Positions 47,371-55,092 of a stretch of DNA of 64,000 nucleotides are shown here, in pieces. Under the pieces are notes generated by a model that was not told the DNA's origin, did not search any database, and saw only the letters and a program-made list of their open reading frames with translations. Numbering within the stretch: the first letter of the stretch is position 1; every line of letters begins with the position of its first letter. The stretch is from Actinomycetes bacterium (lineage in GTDB: Bacteria > Actinomycetota > Acidimicrobiia > Acidimicrobiales > Acidimicrobiaceae). Where the stretch lies: positions 48,270 through 112,269 of the forward strand of contig JAJZLS010000060.1 in NCBI GenBank assembly GCA_021803345.1, written 5' to 3'. The position numbers were made by a program, and so were the translations under genes.

Positions 47371-47481
47371 ACTCCGCTTATAGATTTCTGTCTATAACTA
47401 TTACATAGATTTATCGATATTTAATATATAGAACTATATATATTTAGCTAGCACTTTGATGCCTTTACCTGGTATTATGCA
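47371..47481. repeat. About 110-bp AT-rich repeat R1, copy A (direct repeat of 48505-48617)
   Basis: It shares identical blocks with copy B (tatagatttctgtctataact, 21 nt; ctttacctggtattatgc, 18 nt) separated by substitutions. It contains small palindromes (TATAGA-N6-TCTATA; TATATAG-aa-CTATATA). Confidence 0.85.
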
Positions 47482-47591
47482 ATAATTGACTGGGTTGTTT
47501 GGGGCATGTTCTTGGCTGCTTCTTGACAGTATTTGTCGCTTGATATTCCCTGGCTTATTGTTCGCTTGAATAGGAGATAGCACAAATTCTG

Positions 47592-47852
47592 CTACTTGTA
47601 TAGTTGGCTATGGGTGCCAATGGCCACAAATAATACCTCGTCTTTATTGATTATTATGTAGTGCGCTCTCCGGTCGCCTCCAAAACTAATTGAACGATGA
47701 TCCTTCCATTGGCCACTGAGTGGGTGATTGTGTAAATCGTGGTGGTAAGGATCGCTCCTAAAGAGGATTATCGCATTCTCGAACCGCTTTTTCTGTGCTT
47801 CAGGTAATTTCGCATACTGTTTGTCGAACTGCTTATGAAATATGATTCTCAT
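47592..47852 (-). CDS. Type II toxin, RelE/YafQ-family mRNA interferase
   Basis: 86 aa. HPLSGQWKDHRSISFGGDRRAHYII...GTHSQLY parallels the YafQ/RelE pattern DHPL.G.WKG.R..H...D...IY...GTH. Its start overlaps the antitoxin stop by 4 nt (ATGA). Confidence 0.85.
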   Translation of the reverse strand: MRIIFHKQFDKQYAKLPEAQKKRFENAIILFRSDPYHHDLHNHPLSGQWKDHRSISFGGDRRAHYIIINKDEVLFVAIGTHSQLYK

Positions 47853-48127
47853 AGCGAACGGAGATGCGCCAGCGTCTCTTCGTCAGTTTCAGTGATAGTA
47901 ATATTGCTCTTGGTTTTGTAGTCAAGCATTGCTTCTCTGACGGCTTCTTCTAGACCAGGAGTGGGCTCCAGTGCAGCACTAAATGTAACTTCGCGAGTAC
48001 GTAACATCTGCTTGATGCTGGCGTTTACCAGCGTAGTTGCTGGTATCCCAATTTCAGCAGCAAAGTCTCTTAGTTCTCGCCGAGTATCTTCATCAAGCCT
48101 GATATTCATTGTAATGTTCTTAGGCAT
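47849..48127 (-). CDS. Type II antitoxin, RelB/DinJ-like ribbon-helix-helix protein
   Basis: ORF 47849..48169 trimmed to the ATG at 48127 (alternative ATG at 48109). MNIRLDEDTRRELRDFAAEIGIPATTLVNASIKQML resembles the DinJ N-terminus. It is translationally coupled to the toxin. Confidence 0.8.
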   Translation of the reverse strand: MPKNITMNIRLDEDTRRELRDFAAEIGIPATTLVNASIKQMLRTREVTFSAALEPTPGLEEAVREAMLDYKTKSNITITETDEETLAHLRSL

Positions 48128-48153
48128 GTAATCTATTGTAGTGCTTATGTATA

Positions 48154-48477
48154 CTATATGTGTAGGCACATCTGCGCCTGATTCCCGACGCGCTTACCTC
48201 GTCCTACTTGTCTGGTCGATAGTTGGCAAACAATTACCTGTAAATACCAATGTACATAATGGATGGGCAGATATGTCTTTCCGTTCAATCCAATGATTGA
48301 CTTGGGTCCAAGTGTCGGAAATTCGACCTCTGGCGAATCGTCGAACCCGAGGGATTCTTCTACTGGTTCATGATGAATCACTTGGGCTAGATCCCGTACA
48401 ACCGTAGGATGGGAAGTCGCGACAATCGGAGCGATTGCCCTGGTGCTCATGCCTTCAGATGAGAGGACACGGACCAA
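48154..48477 (-). pseudogene. Truncated/degraded HTH gene (phage/plasmid-type GMSTRAIA...TVVRDL HTH followed by a GLNGKTY motif)
   Basis: Only a TTG start is available, with an in-frame stop 12 codons upstream. The N-terminal 60 aa look like a genuine HTH protein. The last ~35 aa (IHYVHWYLQVIVCQLSTRQVGRGKRVGNQAQMCLHI) look non-native. Confidence 0.45.
48213..48238. repeat. Short repeat R2, copy B
   Basis: See copy A. This copy lies inside the 3' end of the degraded HTH ORF. Confidence 0.8.
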
Positions 48478-48504
48478 TTCTTGACGATCATCCCCAGTCC
48501 AAAC

Positions 48505-48617
48505 ACTCCATCTCTATAGATTTCTGTCTATAACTGATACATAGAATTATCGTTATTTGCTATATAGTGCTGTATATATTTACCTGGCATGTTTATATCT
48601 TTACCTGGTATTATGCG
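48505..48617. repeat. About 110-bp AT-rich repeat R1, copy B; contains an internal 15-bp direct repeat TATAT(A/C)TTTACCTGG spaced 21 bp
   Basis: Aligned by eye to 47371-47481. The internal repeats are at 48573-48587 and 48594-48608. It lies just upstream (on the minus strand) of the HTH remnant and the antitoxin-toxin pair. Confidence 0.85.
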
Positions 48618-48791
48618 ATCCTGAGCTAGACTAAATGAACTTGGTTTTTAATCATTGAATATACAGAGCTATTGATATTTTTTCGGGCTTGCCCCACGCT
48701 CAAGCTCGTGATACTTTCTGGTTCACTTTAAACTGAAATTTATCCACCTGATAAAGTTTTAGTGTGAATGGCAACACGCCAGGAGACCCCG

Positions 48792-49403
48792 TCATCCCGG
48801 CATTCCAAACTTATCAAAGTGGAATTGATTGGGGAAGTTTCGCCGGCCTCGCTTTGACGAGCCAGGCGCCTTTCTATTAGCTGGATGACCAATTGCAATG
48901 GCTCCTATTGGAAGATAATTGTTTGGGATATTAAACGTCTGCTTCAGCTCCTGCAAATTGCGAAAAAGTCCGAAGAAAAGTGCACCTAAACCTTCATTGG
49001 TGACTGAGTTAAGAATATTCATGGTCGAAAACGCGCAGTCAATGTACCAATATGGAACTGGCCAGTTTTCGATTGAACCCAAATTCGAATAGCTTTTGTC
49101 CGGCTCCGAATACCTGTTTACATAAGCCTCCGGGTGAGCGAGCGGAATGATCACAACCGGCGCATTCCAGAGGTGCTTATGGGTTTCAGTGTGATTTTTC
49201 CAGTCCTCAGTGAGTGCAAGATTCCAAAATGTTTCAAGATGCGATTTCTCTCTTATTACCATAAAATCGAATCCCTGGGCGAATCCTGCCGATGGGCTTT
49301 GTGTGGCACTTGATAATATCCGTTCCAGGGACGCACTTTCGACCGGCTGTTTCGTAAAGCTTCGGTACATTCGGCGCTTGTGAATGACTTCGTAGTATTC
49401 CAT
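48792..49403 (-). CDS. Nitroreductase-family oxidoreductase
   Basis: 203 aa. The N-terminus (VIHKRRMYRSFTKQPV...LERILSSATQSPSAG) is typical of the nitroreductase fold. Confidence 0.85.
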   Translation of the reverse strand: MEYYEVIHKRRMYRSFTKQPVESASLERILSSATQSPSAGFAQGFDFMVIREKSHLETFWNLALTEDWKNHTETHKHLWNAPVVIIPLAHPEAYVNRYSEPDKSYSNLGSIENWPVPYWYIDCAFSTMNILNSVTNEGLGALFFGLFRNLQELKQTFNIPNNYLPIGAIAIGHPANRKAPGSSKRGRRNFPNQFHFDKFGMPG

Positions 49404-49616
49404 AATTAGAAACTAGATGAAGATTTCCACCTTAAATCTTGTCGTTAAACTTGGCGAATCAACAGGTGGAGATTTATACCGGTGAGTGGCTGGAACGCTC
49501 ACCGATTGATTGGGTGAAATCTGGAGTTTTTGAATAAATTCATGAGACTGGGAATGTTGACTAAGCTAGTAGGGTTTTAAAGAGGGAAATTTAGACTACG
49601 GCTGGAGTGTAATCAG

Positions 49617-50789
49617 ATGGCAAGTTTTAGAGAGATTTTGTCAAACGCCAAATCCCAAATTAAAGAGATAGATACTGATGAAGCTGCCAAGCTCAAAACA
49701 GGTTGGCTCTTCCTTGACGTCCGCGAAACTGAAGAATATGAGCAAGGCACCATAGAGAATGCAATGTTTTTGCCCAGGGGAAATCTCGAGGTGCAAATTG
49801 AGGGTCGTGTTCCTGATAAAGACCAAAATATCGTTGTTTTTTGTGCTGGAGGAGCCAGGTCTGCCCTTGCAGCTAAATCGTTACAGGAACTGGGATATAA
49901 AAACGTAGTATCAATGGCGGGTGGCTTCAATAGATGGAAAGATGATGGTTACAGGTGGGTCACTCCTAAGACCTTGACTTCAGATCAGCGAAACCGGTAC
50001 CAACGTCACCTTTTGCTGCCGGAAGTCGGTGAGGCTGGTCAGCAGAAATTGCTAAATAAGAGTGTATTACTGCTTGGAGCAGGTGGACTGGGGTCCCCAG
50101 CTGCCCTTTATCTTGCAGCTGCCGGAGTCGGCCACATTGGCATCATTGACATGGATGAAGTCGATGCTTCCAACCTGCAGAGGCAGATACTTCACAATAT
50201 GGATCGCATTGGCGAGCGAAAAGTTGAATCTGCCAAGAAGACCATTCAACTTCTCAATCCAGACGTTGAGGTAACCACCTTTGACGTTCGACTTGGTGCT
50301 GACAATGTGCTGGATATTATCGATGGTTATGACGTGATAGTTGACGGGATGGATAACTTCCCAACCAGATATCTGGTAAATGATGCTGCACTGTTGAAAA
50401 AGATTCCAGTAGTTCATGGATCGATTTTCCGTTTCGAAGGACAGGTAACCGTATTTCGACCATATGAAGGTCCTTGCTATAGATGTTTTGTTCCAGAACC
50501 TCCACCGGCAGAGTTGGCTCCTTCGTGTTCAGAGGCTGGAGTGCTCGGAGTACTTCCCGGAATAGTCGGGTCAATCCAGGCTATGGAGGCGATTAAGCTT
50601 CTTCTCGATCTTGGAGATCCGTTAGTCGGTAGGTTGCTTTCCTATGATGCCCTTGAGGAGACCTTTAGAACCTTCAAAATGCGAAGGGATCCCAACTGCC
50701 CGGCTTGCGGTGATGATGTTGAGGAGATAATCATTGCCGAATACGATCACCTCTGCATGCCTCATGCCAAGGTTCCAGCTACAGTTTGA
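49617..50789 (+). CDS. Rhodanese-ThiF/MoeB fusion (MoeZ-like sulfur-carrier adenylyltransferase/sulfurtransferase) with reversed domain order
   Basis: Residues ~20-110 form a rhodanese domain (FLDVRETEEYEQG..., active-site loop FCAGGARS). Residues ~125-390 form the E1-like domain (RYQRHLLLPEVG, LLLGAGGLGSPAALYLAAAGVG, ASNLQRQILH, CYRC...CPAC zinc motifs). Confidence 0.9.
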   Translation: MASFREILSNAKSQIKEIDTDEAAKLKTGWLFLDVRETEEYEQGTIENAMFLPRGNLEVQIEGRVPDKDQNIVVFCAGGARSALAAKSLQELGYKNVVSMAGGFNRWKDDGYRWVTPKTLTSDQRNRYQRHLLLPEVGEAGQQKLLNKSVLLLGAGGLGSPAALYLAAAGVGHIGIIDMDEVDASNLQRQILHNMDRIGERKVESAKKTIQLLNPDVEVTTFDVRLGADNVLDIIDGYDVIVDGMDNFPTRYLVNDAALLKKIPVVHGSIFRFEGQVTVFRPYEGPCYRCFVPEPPPAELAPSCSEAGVLGVLPGIVGSIQAMEAIKLLLDLGDPLVGRLLSYDALEETFRTFKMRRDPNCPACGDDVEEIIIAEYDHLCMPHAKVPATV

Positions 50790-50830
50790 GCTATTTAATT
50801 CATTTTTGATTTACAAGTTATTTTCTAGTG

Positions 50831-50889
50831 AATTGGGTTCCATCCCAAATGGGATTAGGAGCCCAATTCGGATTTGGAGCCCAATTCGG
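50831..50889. promoter_or_regulatory. Nested palindrome plus tandem 14-mer upstream of or overlapping the MCM gene start
   Basis: Read directly. AATTGGGTTCC (50831-41) pairs with GGAGCCCAATT (50858-68) with one mismatch, enclosing ATCCCA-aa-TGGGAT (50842-55). GGAGCCCAATTCGG is repeated at 50858-71 and 50876-89. Confidence 0.35.
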
Positions 50890-50903
50890 CTAGTGTTTTG
50901 AGT

Positions 50904-52487
50904 ATGTCTTCTAAAAGGCCACAAACCGATTCGGGAATTGAAATTGATTCATACTACGGGCCAGAGAGGTTGGAGGGATGGGATCCCGCTCAAAGGCTCG
51001 GTAGACCAGGTGAGCCTCCGTTTACCCGAGGCATCTATCCGGATATGTATAGATCAAGACTTTGGACTATGCGTCAATATGCAGGATTCGGGACCGCGGA
51101 GGCAACTAACAAGCGATTCAAGTATCTTTTAGAGGCTGGACAAACCGGGTTGAGCTGTGCATTTGACTTACCGACTCAGATGGGTCTGGACTCCGATCAC
51201 CCAAAGGCTGACGGCGAGGTCGGTAAGGTTGGTGTCGCAATTGACTCCATAGATGACATGAAGATGCTATTCCATGGCATTCCACTTGATTCCGTAACCA
51301 CCTCCATGACTATCAATTCCACGGCGGCAGTATTACTACTTATGTATCAAATCGAAGCCGAGGAAAATGGCATATCTCCTTATAAACTCAAAGGAACCAT
51401 ACAGAACGATATATTGAAAGAGTACGTGGCCCGGGGGACGTATATCTATCCGCCAAGGCCCTCGATGAGGCTTATTACCGATACTTTCGCTTACTGTCAT
51501 GAGAATCTTCCAAATTGGAATTCGATCTCAATTTCCGGGTACCACATTCGTGAGGCTGGATCCACTGCGGTGCAGGAGATTGCTTTTACTCTCTCCAATG
51601 GGATTGCCTATGTGCAGGCTGCAATCGAAGCTGGACTAAAGGTTGACGATTTTGCCCCCAGGCTTTCATTCTTCTGGAACGCTCACAATAATTTGTTCGA
51701 GGAAATTGCCAAATTTAGGGCAGGCAGACGGATCTGGTCCAACTTGATGTCAAATCGCTTCGGGGCCAAGGATCCGAGGTCGCTGCTGCTGCGATTCCAT
51801 ACCCAGACTGGAGGGTCCACCTTGACCGCACAGCAGCCGGAAAATAACATCGTTCGGGTTGCTATTCAGGCTTTGGCTGCCGTTCTCGGCGGAACGCAGT
51901 CATTGCACACCAACGGTTTCGACGAGGCACTAGGGCTGCCTACGGAGAGGGCGGCCAAGATAGCTTTACGTACTCAGCAGATTATCGGTTATGAATCAGG
52001 AGTTACAGATACCCCGGATCCGCTAGGAGGCTCATATTTCATTGAGAGCCTTACTGATGAGATTGAAGCTGGAGTATGGAAATACCTGGAAAAGTTGGAT
52101 GACCTTGGCGGCGCAGTTGCGGCAATTGAGTCCGGATATATGCAGGACGAGATTGAAAAAGCCGCATATGCCTATGCTAAGGCAGTGGATGCTAAAGAAA
52201 AGATCATCGTCGGGGTTAATCAGTTTCTCGATCAGGATCCTGGACCTGTTGAAGTTTTCCCAATCGATCCGAAGCTTCAGGCATCACAAGTTGAAAGGCT
52301 AAAGAGATATAAACAAAGTCGGGACGGAGTAGCGGTTACTGAGGCGCTGTCGGCTTTAGAAAAATGTGCCAAGGGAGATGGAAACCTGCTCTATCCGATG
52401 CGGGCCGCCCTGAAAAAGCGTGCGACTCTCGGAGAGGTTTCAGAGACCCTGCGGGGCGTATTTGGATCGTACCGACCAAGAGGATGA
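50904..52487 (+). CDS. Methylmalonyl-CoA mutase-family large (substrate-binding TIM-barrel) subunit, without a B12-binding domain
   Basis: ORF 50874..52487; the ATG at 50904 is likely the start. Motifs are [31 protein letters not shown] and the rest of the MCM barrel. No DxHxxG domain is present. Confidence 0.92.
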   Translation: MSSKRPQTDSGIEIDSYYGPERLEGWDPAQRLGRPGEPPFTRGIYPDMYRSRLWTMRQYAGFGTAEATNKRFKYLLEAGQTGLSCAFDLPTQMGLDSDHPKADGEVGKVGVAIDSIDDMKMLFHGIPLDSVTTSMTINSTAAVLLLMYQIEAEENGISPYKLKGTIQNDILKEYVARGTYIYPPRPSMRLITDTFAYCHENLPNWNSISISGYHIREAGSTAVQEIAFTLSNGIAYVQAAIEAGLKVDDFAPRLSFFWNAHNNLFEEIAKFRAGRRIWSNLMSNRFGAKDPRSLLLRFHTQTGGSTLTAQQPENNIVRVAIQALAAVLGGTQSLHTNGFDEALGLPTERAAKIALRTQQIIGYESGVTDTPDPLGGSYFIESLTDEIEAGVWKYLEKLDDLGGAVAAIESGYMQDEIEKAAYAYAKAVDAKEKIIVGVNQFLDQDPGPVEVFPIDPKLQASQVERLKRYKQSRDGVAVTEALSALEKCAKGDGNLLYPMRAALKKRATLGEVSETLRGVFGSYRPRG

Positions 52488-52494
52488 GCATAAC

Positions 52495-53853
52495 ATGAGA
52501 TTTGTAATCATTGGTGGCGGTCCGGCTGGAGTCCATGCTGCCTCTTACGCCGCCCGACTTGGTGCTGAAGTAACCGTGATTGAAAAAGATGTGCTCGGTG
52601 GAGCGGCCAACCTTTGGGATTGTGTGCCTTCTAAAGCGATGATAGCGACGGGTAATGCGATAAAAATGTCTCAACGTGCCGATAGGCTTGGACTGTCGAC
52701 CCAGCCGATGTATCCGGATTTGGAAGCACTGAAATTACGAGTAAGTCAAATTACCGAGAAATTGGCTAAATCGTTTGATCAGCTTCTAGGTTCCCAGGGA
52801 GTGCGGGTTATCAAGGGATCGGGCCGAATCCAGTCTAAGCATGAAGTGTTGGCAACGCTGACCGATGGGACAGAAGTGACAATTATTGCAGATGCCATTT
52901 TGGTTGCGACTGGTTCTCGTCCCAGAATACCTGAGTGGGCTAAGGTAGATGGCGACAGAATTCTTGCAACCCGCGACGCTTATCCGCCAAGGGAGATACC
53001 TGAACATTTAGTGGTAATTGGATCAGGTGTTACCGGGGTTGAATTTGTCCACATGTTTAGGTCCTTCGGCTCTAAAGTTTCGCTTGTGGTGTCGAGGCAG
53101 CAGGTACTGCCAGCTAAGGATCCCGAGGTTGCAGCGGCATTGGAGGCGGACTTCTTAGAGTCAGGGGTAAGTCTTTATAAAGGCGCAAGGGCTGTTGGTA
53201 TTGAGCTGGATTCAAAAGGTGTCAAAGTCCTTTGCGATGATCAGAGGGTGATCAAAGGTTCACACGCACTCTTAGCGATAGGATCTGTACCAAATTCCGA
53301 GGAGCTCGGACTAGAGAACGCCGGCGTTTTTGTAGATCGCTGGGGCCAGGTCCCCGTCGATCATCACTGTGTGTCAAATGTTCCACATATCTATGCAGCG
53401 GGTGATCTATCGGGTAAGTTGCCTCTGGCTTCAGTAGCTTCGATGCAGGGTCGGAAGGTGGCTGAGCATGTCATGGGTTTGGACGGAAGGCAGCATCGGC
53501 ATCTAGATTATGAAAAGGCTGCTTCAGCCATATTTACTGAGCCAGAAATTGCCGATGTTGGATTAGCAGAAGCGGAGGCTTTCGCGCAAGGTCGAAAAAT
53601 TAGGGTCACCAAGGTTCCATTCGCTTCAAATCCCAGGGCTTTGATTGACGGGGACCCCAGGGGTTTTGTGAAAATCATTTCAGATCCGGCTACCAGCGTC
53701 GTATTGGGTGGCTCAATAGTTGGAGGACATGCTGCTGAGTTAATCTCGGTTATCGCTGTTGCCGTAACTGCCAGGCTCAGAGTGACAGATATCGTGGAGT
53801 CACTACTCGTGCACCCAGCGCTAGCGGAAGCTTTGGCAGAAGCTGCAGAATAA
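52495..53853 (+). CDS. Pyridine nucleotide-disulfide oxidoreductase (Lpd-like; NAD(P)H dehydrogenase/quinone reductase type)
   Basis: ORF trimmed to the ATG at 52495. Motifs are FAD-binding VIIGGGPAGV, NAD-binding VVIGSGVTGVEF and the dimerisation domain. The site equivalent to the redox disulfide reads ANLWDCVPSK, with a single Cys. Confidence 0.85.
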   Translation: MRFVIIGGGPAGVHAASYAARLGAEVTVIEKDVLGGAANLWDCVPSKAMIATGNAIKMSQRADRLGLSTQPMYPDLEALKLRVSQITEKLAKSFDQLLGSQGVRVIKGSGRIQSKHEVLATLTDGTEVTIIADAILVATGSRPRIPEWAKVDGDRILATRDAYPPREIPEHLVVIGSGVTGVEFVHMFRSFGSKVSLVVSRQQVLPAKDPEVAAALEADFLESGVSLYKGARAVGIELDSKGVKVLCDDQRVIKGSHALLAIGSVPNSEELGLENAGVFVDRWGQVPVDHHCVSNVPHIYAAGDLSGKLPLASVASMQGRKVAEHVMGLDGRQHRHLDYEKAASAIFTEPEIADVGLAEAEAFAQGRKIRVTKVPFASNPRALIDGDPRGFVKIISDPATSVVLGGSIVGGHAAELISVIAVAVTARLRVTDIVESLLVHPALAEALAEAAE

Positions 53854-55032
53854 TCAGCTGCCTGTCTTAGATTTTTGTATCAGATAGTGGCGCACTGATT
53901 CATCCATGGCTATATCTACAATTGTTTGTGCCATTGTGGTTGCACCATCGACAACAGCTCGGTCAGCTATTGGTGTAACACATGCGGCGGCAAATTCAGG
54001 CTGATGATTTACCACAGGGAAAGAATCGATGCCAAGCATGGGATGTATAGAGGGTATTTTCAGGGAAACATTACCCATATCTGTAGATGCTCTAAGCTTC
54101 CCTTGAACGTCAGGTGAAAATTTCCGCCCCAGTTTTTCCGCATTCTTTACATAAAGAGAAGCCATGGTTTCGTCGGTTACGAATTCGGAATATGCTTTGC
54201 TTGCTTCGGTCATCTCCAGCTTTGCACCGGTTGCAACTGCACCGGCTTCGAAGCAAGCTCTAATTTTGGGTTCCAGACGCTCAAGCTGGGCCAGAGTGTC
54301 AGCCCTTATGATCCATTTTCCTCTGGAATCAGACGGGATGACGTTTGGAGCGTCGCCACCTTTGGTTACTATTCCGTGCACCATCTCATATGGATAAAGA
54401 TGCTGTCTCAGCAGTCCGATAGCCACCTGTGCAATGGTGATGGCGTCCTGGGAATTTATCCCCGCTTGGGGAAAACCGGCTGCGTGGGCTTCTTTACCGT
54501 GGTAACGAATATTTATGTGTTTGGCTGCAATCACGTCCATTCGATCGGCCTCCATGGGAGCTGGGTGGACCATCATTGAGGCATGCACGCCATCAAAGGC
54601 GCCTCTGTCCAGCATTTCGATCTTTCCACCACCATTTTCCTCTGCAGGGGTTCCCATAATTTTCAGCGTGATATCGGCTTCGTCAATTACGTCTAGCAGT
54701 CCCTTGGCCGCTCCAATAGCGGCGGCGGCAATGATGTTGTGACCGCAGGCATGGCCGACTTCAGGCAAGGCGTCATATTCGGCGCATATTGACAGGACCA
54801 GCGGTCCGGTTCCTATAGTGGCAACAAATGCGGTGTCAAGTCCAACCACACCGCGTTGGAGCGCAAATCCATAGCTCTCAAGTTCATCAGACAGCAGTTT
54901 TGAAGCACTGTATTCTTCAAAGGCTAATTCCGGATTCGCATGGATCTGGTGACTTATCTCAATAAGTCTGGATGAACTGGCTTGGATTTTACGGTGAATT
55001 GCTTCTTTAGACCTGGAGATATTCTGTTCCAT
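53854..55032 (-). CDS. M20D-family amidohydrolase (aminoacylase/hippurate hydrolase-like)
   Basis: 392 aa with the motifs IHANPELAFEE, HACGHN and GTPAEE. Confidence 0.88.
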   Translation of the reverse strand: MEQNISRSKEAIHRKIQASSSRLIEISHQIHANPELAFEEYSASKLLSDELESYGFALQRGVVGLDTAFVATIGTGPLVLSICAEYDALPEVGHACGHNIIAAAAIGAAKGLLDVIDEADITLKIMGTPAEENGGGKIEMLDRGAFDGVHASMMVHPAPMEADRMDVIAAKHINIRYHGKEAHAAGFPQAGINSQDAITIAQVAIGLLRQHLYPYEMVHGIVTKGGDAPNVIPSDSRGKWIIRADTLAQLERLEPKIRACFEAGAVATGAKLEMTEASKAYSEFVTDETMASLYVKNAEKLGRKFSPDVQGKLRASTDMGNVSLKIPSIHPMLGIDSFPVVNHQPEFAAACVTPIADRAVVDGATTMAQTIVDIAMDESVRHYLIQKSKTGS

Positions 55033-55092
55033 TTGACTAAGGCCTGCTTTTGATCGAGAACTAGACAGTTCTTGGGCTTATTTATCAGGGTG

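Noticed and set aside
47389-48532. TGTCTATA occurs in both R1 copies (47389-47396, 48525-48532) and in both repeats at 3764-3771 and 3788-3795. From memory, the R388 TrwC nic site is ...ATTGTCT/ATAGC, so these could be nic-like targets of the relaxase-like protein at 24.2 kb.
   Set aside because: The four hits are really two independent occurrences, each duplicated. An 8-mer is expected about that often by chance in 64 kb. The flanking hairpin geometry does not match the R388 arrangement, and actinobacterial MobF nic sites need not resemble R388. It is worth a nicking assay, but the sequence alone does not support it.
47371-48617. R1 repeats as integron attC-like sites flanking a TA cassette.
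   Set aside because: There is no integron integrase and no attI. I could not see a GTTRRRY-type core or the R''/L''-L'/R' symmetry. The repeats are direct promoter-like AT tracts.
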